Shown here piece after piece: positions 37,326 through 45,577 of a stretch of 64,000 nucleotides of DNA. The stretch lies in assembly GCA_963837165.1 (NCBI GenBank), contig CAWIMD010000002.1:1031029-1095028 (forward strand). The letters are read 5' to 3'. Source of the DNA: Vicinamibacteria bacterium (GTDB lineage Bacteria; Acidobacteriota; Vicinamibacteria; Vicinamibacterales; JAENWD01). Under the pieces are notes generated by a model that was given only the letters and a program-made list of their open reading frames with translations, was not told where the DNA came from and did no database searches. The translations under genes were made by a program, and so were the position numbers. Position 1 is the first letter of the stretch. Each line of letters opens with the position of its first letter.

Positions 37326-38252
37326 CCCGCCATCGTTGTCGTCGGCAGCCTGAACGCGGATCTGTGCGTGCGGGTCCCGCGTTTCCCCACGCCCGGTGAG
37401 ACGATCGCCGGGCACGGCTTCACGGTCGTCCCTGGCGGCAAGGGCGCGAACCAGGCCTGCGCTGCGGGACGACTCGGCGGCCGCGTGGCAATGGCCGGGC
37501 AGGTCGGCGGCGACGCGCAGGGCCGGATGCTGCGCGACTCGCTCCGGCGTGCGCACGTGGACGTGAGCCTGGTGTCGGTGGACGGCGACGAGCCAACCGG
37601 CGTGGCGGTGATCACGGTGGATGCGTGGGGCGAGAACGAGATCGTGCTGGCCCCGGGCGCCAACGCCACGTTCACGGCCGGGCGCCTCGAGGGGGCCGAA
37701 GCCGTGATCCGCGGCGCGCGGGTCGTGCTCCTGCAGCTCGAGATCCCCATGGACACGGTGCTCCGGGCCGCGGCGACGGCGCGCGCGGCCGGCGTGAGGG
37801 TCGTCCTCGACCCCGCCCCCGCCGTCCCGGTCTCCGACGAACTGCTGGGGCTGGCCGATATCGTGACCCCCAATGAGGGCGAGCTGGCGCGCCTGGTCGG
37901 CGCCGCAGCGCACGAGCATCTGCCGGAACCGGCGATCGACGCGCAGGCCCGTGCGCTCCTGGCCCGAGGCTGCGCCATCGTGATCGTGAAGATGGGCGCC
38001 CGCGGCGCCCGTCTCGTGACGGCAGACGACGCCCGGACGTGGCCGTCGTTCCCAGTCACGGCGGTGGACACGACCGCGGCCGGAGATGCCTTCAACGGCG
38101 CGCTCGCCGTCGCGCTCGCTGACGAGCGCGCCCTCGGCGACGCCATGCGGTTCGCGACCGCCGCAGGCGCGCTGTCGGTGACGCGCCACGGCGCCCAGCC
38201 TTCGATGCCAGCCAGAGCGGACGTCGAACGTCTCCTCGCCACCGCGCGGTAG
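37320..38252 (+). CDS. rbsK: Ribokinase
   Basis: VVGSLNADL, GGKGANQA and DTTAAGDAFNGAL motifs. Confidence 0.9.
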   Translation: MGPAIVVVGSLNADLCVRVPRFPTPGETIAGHGFTVVPGGKGANQACAAGRLGGRVAMAGQVGGDAQGRMLRDSLRRAHVDVSLVSVDGDEPTGVAVITVDAWGENEIVLAPGANATFTAGRLEGAEAVIRGARVVLLQLEIPMDTVLRAAATARAAGVRVVLDPAPAVPVSDELLGLADIVTPNEGELARLVGAAAHEHLPEPAIDAQARALLARGCAIVIVKMGARGARLVTADDARTWPSFPVTAVDTTAAGDAFNGALAVALADERALGDAMRFATAAGALSVTRHGAQPSMPARADVERLLATAR

Positions 38253-38256
38253 GCGT

Positions 38257-38300
38257 TCAATCGTCAATCGTCAATCGTCAATCATCAATCAATTACAATC
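38257..38300 (+). repeat. Family A heptamer array (TCAATCG x3, TCAATCA x2, degenerate tail)
   Basis: Read directly. Lies between the ribokinase TAG and the oxidoreductase ATG. Confidence 0.92.
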
Positions 38301-38305
38301 CCGGC

Positions 38306-39403
38306 ATGCCTGTTCGCGTCGCCCTGATCGGCACCGGCAAGGTCGCCCTCGCCAACCATCTTCCCGGCGTGCAGCTGGCGCGGGACGCCAGGCTCACGGC
38401 CCTCTGCGACCCGAACGAGGACGCCCTCGCCGAGGCCGTGCGCGTGAGCGGCGTGACCCGCACGTGGACCGATCCGCTGACCCTGCTCCGCGAGGCCGAG
38501 GTGGACGCCGTCATCATCGCCACGCCGAACCGCGTGCACCGCGACGTCGCGGTGGCCGCGGCCGAGAGCGGCCGCCACGTGCTCTGCGAGAAGCCGCTCG
38601 CGCTCAGCGTCGAGCAGGCGGAGGACATGCTGGCCGCCGCCGAGCACGCGCGCGTGCGGCACATGACGGCCTTCACGTACCGGTTCGTGCCCGCCATGCA
38701 GTACATGCGGCACCTCGTGCGCAGCGGTGCCGTCGGCCAGCCGTGGCACTTCCGCGCGCAGCGCTTCCAGGACTGGGGACGCCGGGCGCTCGGCTGGCGC
38801 CAGCGGCTCTCCGAGGCGGGGTCGGGTGAGGTGGGTGACATGCTCTCGCACCGGCTCGACTTCGCGCACTATCTGGTCGGCCCGATCGCCCGCGTGATGG
38901 CGCTCACGACACGGGTGTGGGAGACGCGGCTGGACGAGGTCGGCCACGAGCAGCCGGCCGACACCGAGGACTGGGTGGGCTGCCTCGCCGAGTTCGCCTC
39001 GGGGGTCACCGGCGTGCTCGAGAGCGTCAAGACCGCGGCCGGGTACGCCGGCGGCGTCACGAGCCGCGACTGGTGCGAAGTGAACGGCAGCGACGGCGCG
39101 GTCGTCTACGACCTGTCGCATCCGCTGCGCGTGCTCGTTGCGCGAAAGGGCGGCACCTACGAGCCGGTGGACGTTCCGACGGAGTTCCGCAAGATCGCGG
39201 GGTCGCCGCGGGATCCGGACGCCGACCCGTGGCAGGCCTTCCGCTACGACCAGGACTACGAGTTCGTCGATGCCATTCACGCCGGCCGGCCGTGCGCGCC
39301 CTCGTTTCTGGACGGCCTGCGCGTGCAGGAAGTGATGGCGGCCATCCTGCAGTCGGCGCGGGAGCACCGCGCGATCGCGATCGAGGGGCATGGGCGAGTC
39401 TGA
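38306..39403 (+). CDS. Gfo/Idh/MocA family oxidoreductase
   Basis: N-terminal Rossmann motif VALIGTGKVA and an EKP motif (HVLCEKPLA). Confidence 0.85.
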   Translation: MPVRVALIGTGKVALANHLPGVQLARDARLTALCDPNEDALAEAVRVSGVTRTWTDPLTLLREAEVDAVIIATPNRVHRDVAVAAAESGRHVLCEKPLALSVEQAEDMLAAAEHARVRHMTAFTYRFVPAMQYMRHLVRSGAVGQPWHFRAQRFQDWGRRALGWRQRLSEAGSGEVGDMLSHRLDFAHYLVGPIARVMALTTRVWETRLDEVGHEQPADTEDWVGCLAEFASGVTGVLESVKTAAGYAGGVTSRDWCEVNGSDGAVVYDLSHPLRVLVARKGGTYEPVDVPTEFRKIAGSPRDPDADPWQAFRYDQDYEFVDAIHAGRPCAPSFLDGLRVQEVMAAILQSAREHRAIAIEGHGRV

Positions 39404-40970
39404 AACGGGCGTGATCTCGCCGACTCCGCGCGCCGCGCCCTGGCCCGGCTCCCACCGCATGCCGCGCTGGGACGTCGGCGAGCTGCCGGCGGCGCCCGTC
39501 TTCAGCTGGCGCACCGCCGCAGCCATGGTCGGACCTGGCCTGATCCTGGCGGGCTCGTCGATCGGCGGCGGCGAGTGGCTGCTCGGACCGGCCGTGGCCG
39601 CGCAGTACGGCGGCGCGCTCCTGTGGGTCGCCACGCTCAGCATCCTGAGCCAGGTCGTCTACAACATCGAGGCGAGCCGGTACGCCCTCTACACGGGCGA
39701 GCCGATCATGACCGGCAAGTTCCGCACGCTGCCGGGGCCGGGGGCGTGGCTGCTCGTCTACCTCCTGCTCGACCTCGGCGCACTGCTCCCCTACCAGATC
39801 GGCAGCGTGGCGACGCCCGTGCTCGCGATCTGGATGGGCCGCCTGCCGCAGCCCGGCGCGGTGGCCGGGCAGGCCGACCTGCTGCGGTGGCTCTCGTGTG
39901 GGCTGCTCGTGCTGGCGCTGCTGCCGCTGGCATTCGGCGGCAAGGTCTACCACTCGCTGCGCGCCATCATGACGGTGAAGATTGCCGTCGTGTTCGGGTT
40001 CCTGCTCTTTCTCGCCTTCGGATTCTCGACGCTGGCCACGTGGCAGGACATCGGCGTCGGCCTGCTGCGGTTCGGTGAGCTGCCCCTCGGCCAGGGCCAC
40101 ACGGAGAACCTGTTCGGCGCGCTCTGGCACGGCCGTCCCCTGCCGCGGCCCGACCGCGCGTCGCTGATGCTGATGACGGCGTTCGCCGCCATTGCCGGTG
40201 TCGGCGGGCTGGCCCAGACCAGCATCAGCAACTACACACGCGACCAGGGCTGGGGCATGGGATCGCAGGTCGGGGCCATTCCGAGCTTCGTCGGGGGCCG
40301 CGCCATCGAGCTGTCTCACGTCGGCAAGGTGTTCGAGCCGGGTCCCGCCGCTCGCGCCCGCTGGAGCGGCTGGGTGAGGCAGGTCCTGCGGGATCAGTGG
40401 TTCGTGTGGCTTCCCGCCTCCTTCATCGGTCTCGCCCTGCCCGCCATGCTGTCGGTGCAGTTCCTGCCCCGGGGCACCGTGGCCGATACCTGGGTGCTGG
40501 CGGGGCTGACCGCCGGCGGCGTGCGCGATCACCTCGGGGGACTGCTGGGCCTCGCCTGCTGGTACATGGTGCTCGTCTGCGGGATCCTGGTGATCGTGCC
40601 GAACAGCACGTCGGCCGCCGACGCGTTCATCCGGCGCTGGGTCGAGCTCTCGTGGACGGGCATCCCGGCGGTCAGGCGCTGGAACACACACGCGATCCGC
40701 ACGCTCTACTTCAGCGTGCTCGCCGGCTACCTCGCCGTGGGCGTCTTCTTCCTCTCCGTCGCGCGCCCGCTCGGGCTCATCGTCCTCTACGGCAACCTCG
40801 GCAACTTCGCGCTCGGCATCAGCTGCTGGCACGTGCTGTACGTGAATCTGACGCTGCTGCCGCCCGAAGTGCAGCCCGGGTGGGCCGCCCGGATTGGCCT
40901 CGCCCTCGGCGGCGCCTACTTCCTCGGGCTGGCGCTGCTCACGGCCGCCGTCGCGCTCGGGGCGGGGTAG
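39390..40970 (+). CDS. Nramp-related membrane transporter (non-canonical; DPGN motif not seen)
   Basis: About 11-12 TM segments. GPGLILAGSSIGGGEWLLGP resembles the Nramp TM1 region. The start overlaps the oxidoreductase end by 14 nt. Confidence 0.55.
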   Translation: MGESETGVISPTPRAAPWPGSHRMPRWDVGELPAAPVFSWRTAAAMVGPGLILAGSSIGGGEWLLGPAVAAQYGGALLWVATLSILSQVVYNIEASRYALYTGEPIMTGKFRTLPGPGAWLLVYLLLDLGALLPYQIGSVATPVLAIWMGRLPQPGAVAGQADLLRWLSCGLLVLALLPLAFGGKVYHSLRAIMTVKIAVVFGFLLFLAFGFSTLATWQDIGVGLLRFGELPLGQGHTENLFGALWHGRPLPRPDRASLMLMTAFAAIAGVGGLAQTSISNYTRDQGWGMGSQVGAIPSFVGGRAIELSHVGKVFEPGPAARARWSGWVRQVLRDQWFVWLPASFIGLALPAMLSVQFLPRGTVADTWVLAGLTAGGVRDHLGGLLGLACWYMVLVCGILVIVPNSTSAADAFIRRWVELSWTGIPAVRRWNTHAIRTLYFSVLAGYLAVGVFFLSVARPLGLIVLYGNLGNFALGISCWHVLYVNLTLLPPEVQPGWAARIGLALGGAYFLGLALLTAAVALGAG

Positions 40971-40974
40971 GCGA

Positions 40975-41017
40975 GGTTCACGGGTTCACGGTTCACGGTT
41001 CTCGGTTCTCGGTTCGG
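40975..41017 (+). repeat. Family E array (GGTTCACG/GTTCACG/GTTCTCG, 6 units)
   Basis: Reads TAG GCG AGGTTCACGGGTTCACGGTTCACGGTTCTCGGTTCTCGGTTCGG, directly after the transporter stop. Confidence 0.92.
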
Positions 41018-41352
41018 AAGCGCGCGACGATGTCGTCCGTGGCCTGGCGCAGGAGGCCCAGATCGCTGGCCACGGCGACGAAGGTGAAGCCCATTTCAAA
41101 GAAGGCCTTCGCGTCGGCCTCGACGGTCGCGAGGATGCCGATCGGGGTGCCCGCCTTCAGGGCGCGGGCACCGAGCTGCTCGATGGCCGCCCGCACCTCC
41201 GGGTGTCGGTTGTTGCCCAGGTGCCCCAGCGCCGGCCAGGTCGGACGGACCGATGAAGCCACCGTCCACACCCTCGACGGCCGCGATCTCCTCCATCTCT
41301 GCTTCCGGCCTTCGGCTATCGCGCGCTTGAACGTGTCGATCGGCAGCTCCAT
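40993..41352 (-). pseudogene. HpcH/HpaI aldolase remnant (internal deletion plus frameshift)
   Basis: The N-terminal 18 aa MELPIDTFKRAIAEGRKQ join directly (about 41296-41299) to EEIAAVEGVDGGFIGPSDLAG in another frame. The sequence then returns (about 41230-41238) to ALGHLGNNRHPEVRAAIEQLGARALKAGTPIGILATVEADAKAFFEMGFTFVAVASD. Roughly 145 central codons are missing. Confidence 0.72.
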
Positions 41353-41355
41353 CAG

Positions 41356-41439
41356 CCCCTATCCTCCCATCCTCCCATCCTCCCATCCTCCCATCCTCCC
41401 ATCCTCCCATCCTCCTATCCTCCTATCCTCCCATCCTCC
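41356..41439 (-). repeat. Family D octamer array (TCCCATCC/TCCTATCC on the plus strand, about 10 units)
   Basis: Read directly. The minus strand reads GGAGGATGG... ending 4 nt before the remnant ATG. Confidence 0.95.
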
Positions 41440-41455
41440 GCTGTATGATTCCCCG

Positions 41456-42118
41456 ATGATGATCTCACGCCAGCTCGCCCGATTCGTGCCCGCGGCCGGA
41501 CTCGGCCTGATCCTCGCGACGATGATGTCCGCCGTACCGGCAGCCGCACCAGCCGACGGCTGGGTGTCGCTCTTCGACGGCAAGACGCTGGACGGCTGGA
41601 AGGCCAGCGACGAGCCAGGCACCTTCCGCGTCGAGGACGGCGCCATCGTCGTCAATGGGCCGCGGTCGCACCTGTTCTACGTCGGGCCCGTCAACAACCA
41701 CGTGTTCACGAACTTCGAGTGGAAGGCCGACGTGATGACGTTTCCGGGGTCGAACTCGGGAATGTACGTCGACACCGAGTACCAGGAGACCGGCTGGCCC
41801 TCGAAGGGCTACGAAGTCCAGGTCAACAACTCGCACACCGATCCGATCCGGACGGGAAGCCTCTACGGAATCGTCAACGTGCTCGAGCGGTTCGTGCCGG
41901 ACAACGAGTGGTTCACGCAGGACATCACCGTCCAGGGCAAGCGCGTCGTGGTGAAGATCAACGACCGGGTCGTGGTGGACTACACGGAGCCCGACAACCC
42001 GCTGCGGGGCGCCGATCAGGCCAACCGCCGCATCGCCCCCGGCACCTTCGCCCTGCAGGGGCACGACCCGAACAGCAAGGTCCTCTACAAGAACATCATG
42101 GTTCGGACTCTGCCGTAG
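41456..42118 (+). CDS. DUF1080 (3-keto-disaccharide hydrolase-like) secreted protein
   Basis: WVSLFDGKTLDGWK...ALQGHDPNSKVLYKNI is characteristic of DUF1080. Signal peptide present. Confidence 0.8.
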   Translation: MMISRQLARFVPAAGLGLILATMMSAVPAAAPADGWVSLFDGKTLDGWKASDEPGTFRVEDGAIVVNGPRSHLFYVGPVNNHVFTNFEWKADVMTFPGSNSGMYVDTEYQETGWPSKGYEVQVNNSHTDPIRTGSLYGIVNVLERFVPDNEWFTQDITVQGKRVVVKINDRVVVDYTEPDNPLRGADQANRRIAPGTFALQGHDPNSKVLYKNIMVRTLP

Positions 42119-42121
42119 CGA

Positions 42122-42164
42122 GGTTCACGGTTCCCGGTTCACGGTTCCCGGTTCTCGGTTCTCG
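42122..42164 (+). repeat. Family E heptamer array (GGTTCAC GGTTCCC GGTTCAC GGTTCCC GGTTCTC GGTTCTC)
   Basis: Reads TAG CG AGGTTCAC..., directly after the DUF1080 stop. Confidence 0.95.
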
Positions 42165-42165
42165 T

Positions 42166-42189
42166 GGCCGAACTGAAGTTCGGCCCTAC
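42166..42189 (-). repeat. REP-like element c: [GGCCGAAC TGAA GTTCGGCC]-CTAC (GTAG on the minus strand)
   Basis: Perfect 8-bp stem. The minus strand reads GTAG-GGCCGAAC-TTCA-GTTCGGCC. Confidence 0.85.
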
Positions 42190-42218
42190 GTACGGTCCAG
42201 CGACCTGACCCCTGGCCA

Positions 42219-42246
42219 TGATCCCTGATCCCTGATCTCTGACCCA
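42219..42246 (-). repeat. Family G heptamer array (TGATCCC x2 plus 2 degenerate units; GGGATCA on the minus strand)
   Basis: Read directly. Ends 2 nt before the NIPSNAP stop codon. Confidence 0.8.
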
Positions 42247-42248
42247 CA

Positions 42249-42677
42249 CTAGCGAAGCGGCGAATAGTCCGTCGGCGACAGGAACACCGAGTCCACTTTC
42301 TCGACGAGCTTGCCGTCCTTCTCCGAGTCCGTCTTGACGGCAATCCACTCGGGATCCTTGCCGAAGGCCTCCCAGTCGGCCTTGCGCGCCTCGAGGCTGG
42401 GATACGCCAGGATGTAGACGAGGTTGTTCTCGGCCGCGGCGCCCGTCGTGCCGTCGATCGGCACCCAGTAACCGATCACGTCCATCCCGTGCTTCTTGAA
42501 GATGGCCGTCGTGTGGTCGCGGAAGCGCGCGTGGAGCGCCTCGAGCTTCCCGGGCGCGGCGTGATACGTCCTGAGCTCGAACACGCGCCCGCCCGGCGCG
42601 GTGGACGGCGGCGCCTGCGCCGCAGCGGCAGCTGCCATCCCGAACACCATCAGCAACGCCAATCCCATTCCGCGCAT
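42249..42677 (-). CDS. NIPSNAP family protein with signal peptide
   Basis: RVFELRTYHAAPGKLEALHARF...VYILAYPSLEARKADWEAF. ATG 42677 was chosen. The ORF track start at 42716 (MFFVFFVF) is translation of repeat C2. Confidence 0.7.
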   Translation of the reverse strand: MRGMGLALLMVFGMAAAAAAQAPPSTAPGGRVFELRTYHAAPGKLEALHARFRDHTTAIFKKHGMDVIGYWVPIDGTTGAAAENNLVYILAYPSLEARKADWEAFGKDPEWIAVKTDSEKDGKLVEKVDSVFLSPTDYSPLR

Positions 42678-42692
42678 CAGTTGCCTCCCCGG

Positions 42693-42738
42693 GAACACAA
42701 AGAACACAAAGAACACAAAGGCACAAAGAACACAAAGG
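42693..42738 (+). repeat. Family C variant nonamer array (GAACACAAA x4 plus GGCACAAA)
   Basis: Read directly. Lies between the GH2 stop (42741) and the NIPSNAP start. Confidence 0.9.
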
Positions 42739-42740
42739 CG

Positions 42741-45519
42741 CTATCTCAACTCCGTCCTGGGGTGGCACCGATCGCTCCCGACGTAATCGATCAGCCCGTT
42801 GACCAGCCTGGTGGTGAACGGATCCTTGCCATACGCGCCGGTGTCGAACGTCGAGATCACGACCGTGCCCTTGCCGAGCGTGAACTGCGCCGTGACGGCG
42901 TGGTTGTCGTTCAGCCAGCCGTAGAACTCGCCCGCCAGGACGTCGCCCGCCCGCCAGGCCGATTCGGGCACGCCCGCCAGCAGCCAGCGCGGCGTGGCGG
43001 CCGCCGCTTCGCCGCCGGTGATCGGGCCCACCGCCACCGCCGCGAACGGCGGGCTCTGCGGATTGACCCACGGGAAGTTGCTCACCCAGTTCCCGTCCAG
43101 CTCGTTGCGTCGCGCCACCGCGGAGAGGGTCGGCGTGGCGGCGAACGTGAACAGGACGCCGCGCGGCACGATCAGGGCCCGGCCGCCCGCCTCCACGAAC
43201 CGGCGGACCTCCGCGTCGAGCGTCGCGCTCACGACCGTCGTGCCTGGTGTCAGCCCGCCGGCCTTCCACGGCAGCATCGTCAGCGCGCCGTGCGGATCGT
43301 GAAGGGTCACCCGCGCCGGCGTCGCCGCCGCTCGCGGGTAGACAAAGAGGTCCTGGACGTTCCTCGCCATCACACCGCCGTCCCTGCCGTGCAGCTCGAG
43401 GCCAATGCGAAGCCGTGTGGGCACGGCCACGTCGGGCAGGTCGAGCATGACGTCTGCCAGATGCGCGAGGCCGGCCCGCGGCGCGGCGGCGGTCACGGGC
43501 AGCTCGCCATGACGCTCGCCCGCCGTCCATCGGAGCACGCCCCCGGACGGATCGGCCGCACTGTATCGGGACAGGTCCACCGACAGCGTCACGCGCTCTC
43601 CCCCGAGCGCGCTCGCCCGGTCCACCGCCGGTAGCAGCACGTCGTCCTGCTGCAGGTCCGACAGGAGCTCGCCGTAAATCTTGGGCTTTCGCCACATGTT
43701 CATGAGCCCGTTGGCTTCCCAGTTGATGTCGGTGAACTCCGTGATGACGTAGCCGCGGATGGACGCGTGCCGGCGAATCGTCTCGATCTCGTGTTTGAGG
43801 CTCTGGAACTGCCGCCACTGGGCCGCGTGCGCGAGCGCGCGATAGTCGGTGAAGAGCCGGTCGAAGCCGAACGCCGTGAATCGATCGAAGAGGCCCGCCG
43901 GACGCGTGATCGCCCGGCCGTCGAAGTCGCGGGGGAACCACCAGGGCAGCTCGTCGGGCAGGTCCGGCAGGCCCCAGTTGCCGAATTCCGACACGACCAG
44001 CGGCTCGTTCCCGGTCCGTCGTGCATCGCCGTGGGGACTGAAGGACCACGCCGGGCGCGATGCGAAATCGGCCACCCAGCGGTCCCAGCGGTCGGCGTTG
44101 TCGGGAATGGAGTAGGACCTGGTGGAAGTCGTCGATGTCGGTCGCGACGTGAAAGTTGTCGCAGCAGGCGCTGTTGTCCACGATGAGCCGCCCCAGCGGG
44201 GCGGTCCGCACCCTGGCCGCCTCGAACCACTCCGCCAGTCCGGCCCGCTCGTCGGCCTTCGTCATGTCGATGCCCCAGGCCTCGTTGATGAGGCTCTGGA
44301 TGACGATGGCCGGATGGTTCCAGTCGCGCGCGACCATCGCGTCGAAGATCGTCCGCCCTCGCGCCACGGAGGCCGTCGTCCAGTCGTCCCAGCTCGGCAC
44401 CTCGTACCAGACGAGCATGCCGGTTTCGTCGGCGGCCTCGAGGTACGTCGGATCGCACACCTTGATGTGGCAGCGAAGCAGGTTCAGCCCGAGGGCCCGC
44501 CCCTTCTTCATCTCGTCCACCACGTAGGCCTTGTCGGGGGTGCTGTAGATCGACTGCGGGTAGAAATCCTGATCGAGCGCCGCCCGCATGTAGAACGGCT
44601 CGCCGTTCAGGAGGAACTGCCCGTCGCGCGTCGTGAACTCCCGAAACCCGAACCGGGCGGTGACGTGGTCGGCCACGGGGCCATCCAGTGACACCGCGGC
44701 CGTGTACAGCTCGGGCGTCGCGGGCGACCACAGACGCGGATTCGACACGTTGGCCCAGACGTCCGCGTGGCCGGGCTTGGCCACGGGCACCGCCGGGACC
44801 GTCGCGACGGCCCGACCATCCGGCCCGACCAACGTCACGTGAAGAGCGGCCGGCCGGCCTGGCGCCGTGCCGGAGATGACGACCTCGAGTGAGACGGCAC
44901 CGGAGTTCTTCGGCGTCACGCGCACCGACTCGACGTACATCGCCGGCCGGACGTCCAGCCAGACCGGCTGCCAGAGCCCCGCGTTCTCGATGTACCAGTT
45001 CTGCTTGCCGCGGGGCAGCTGTTCATACGGCATGTCCGGGAAGCGCGGCGTGCCGCCGGGCGGCGTCGGCGGCGGATCGACGACGCGCACGAGCAGGTCG
45101 TTCGGGCCCGGCTTCGCGTGTTCCGTCACGTCGAGGGTGAACGGCGTGTAGGCGCCCTCATGGGTGCCGGCGCGCTGGCCGTTGACGAAGACCTCGGCGG
45201 CGTAGTCCACGGCGCCGAAGCGCAGGAGGACGTGCCGGGACCGCCCCGAGGCCGGCGCCGTGAAGGTGGCCCGATACCACGCCACGCCGAAGTAGTCGCG
45301 CAGGTCGTCGAACTGCGCGTTCCAGGAACGGCCGTCCTTGGCGGCACGCCAGCCGTCCGGGGGCAGCGTCGACGCCGTCAGGGTCCCGGCCGGATCGGTC
45401 AGGAGCGTCCAGCCGCTGATGCGCACGGGCTCGGCGCCGGCGGTCGCAGCCGCCAACAGCGCCAGCGCGGCGCTCGCCGCCCACACCAGGACCCGCTGTT
45501 CGACCCCTACACTCCGCAC
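42741..45519 (-). CDS. Glycoside hydrolase family 2-like, secreted; one frame break
   Basis: The N-terminal sugar-binding, Ig and TIM regions (VAWYR..., LRCHIKVCDPTYLEAADETGMLVWYEVPSW) read in ORF 42139..45519 up to DIDDFHQ. YSIPDNADRWDRWVADFASRP... then continues in ORF 42741..44075. The break is near 44112-44120. Confidence 0.78.
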
Positions 45520-45577
45520 GAGAGATTCTCCCTGAATTCGCGGTCAGTGTGCCATCGCGCCCGCGGGCACATATCCC

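Noticed and set aside
29402-38260. ORFs whose products contain periodic peptides. These are PQIPRSPDPQIP in 30070..32256 (+), GIWGSGDLGIWGSGDL in 29402..31240 (-), and SFVSFVSFV and PPILLSSHPPILLSSHPP in 36140..38260 (-).
   Set aside because: These are literal translations of the tandem DNA arrays, embedded in otherwise spurious frames. They are not repeat proteins.
20621-42251. TAG stop codons next to arrays as a special signal, such as recoding or a suppressor context.
   Set aside because: TAG is also used by several genes with no array nearby (for example the stops at 3019, 3018, 6714, 7439 and 9174). TAG usage therefore seems to be a genome property rather than array-specific.
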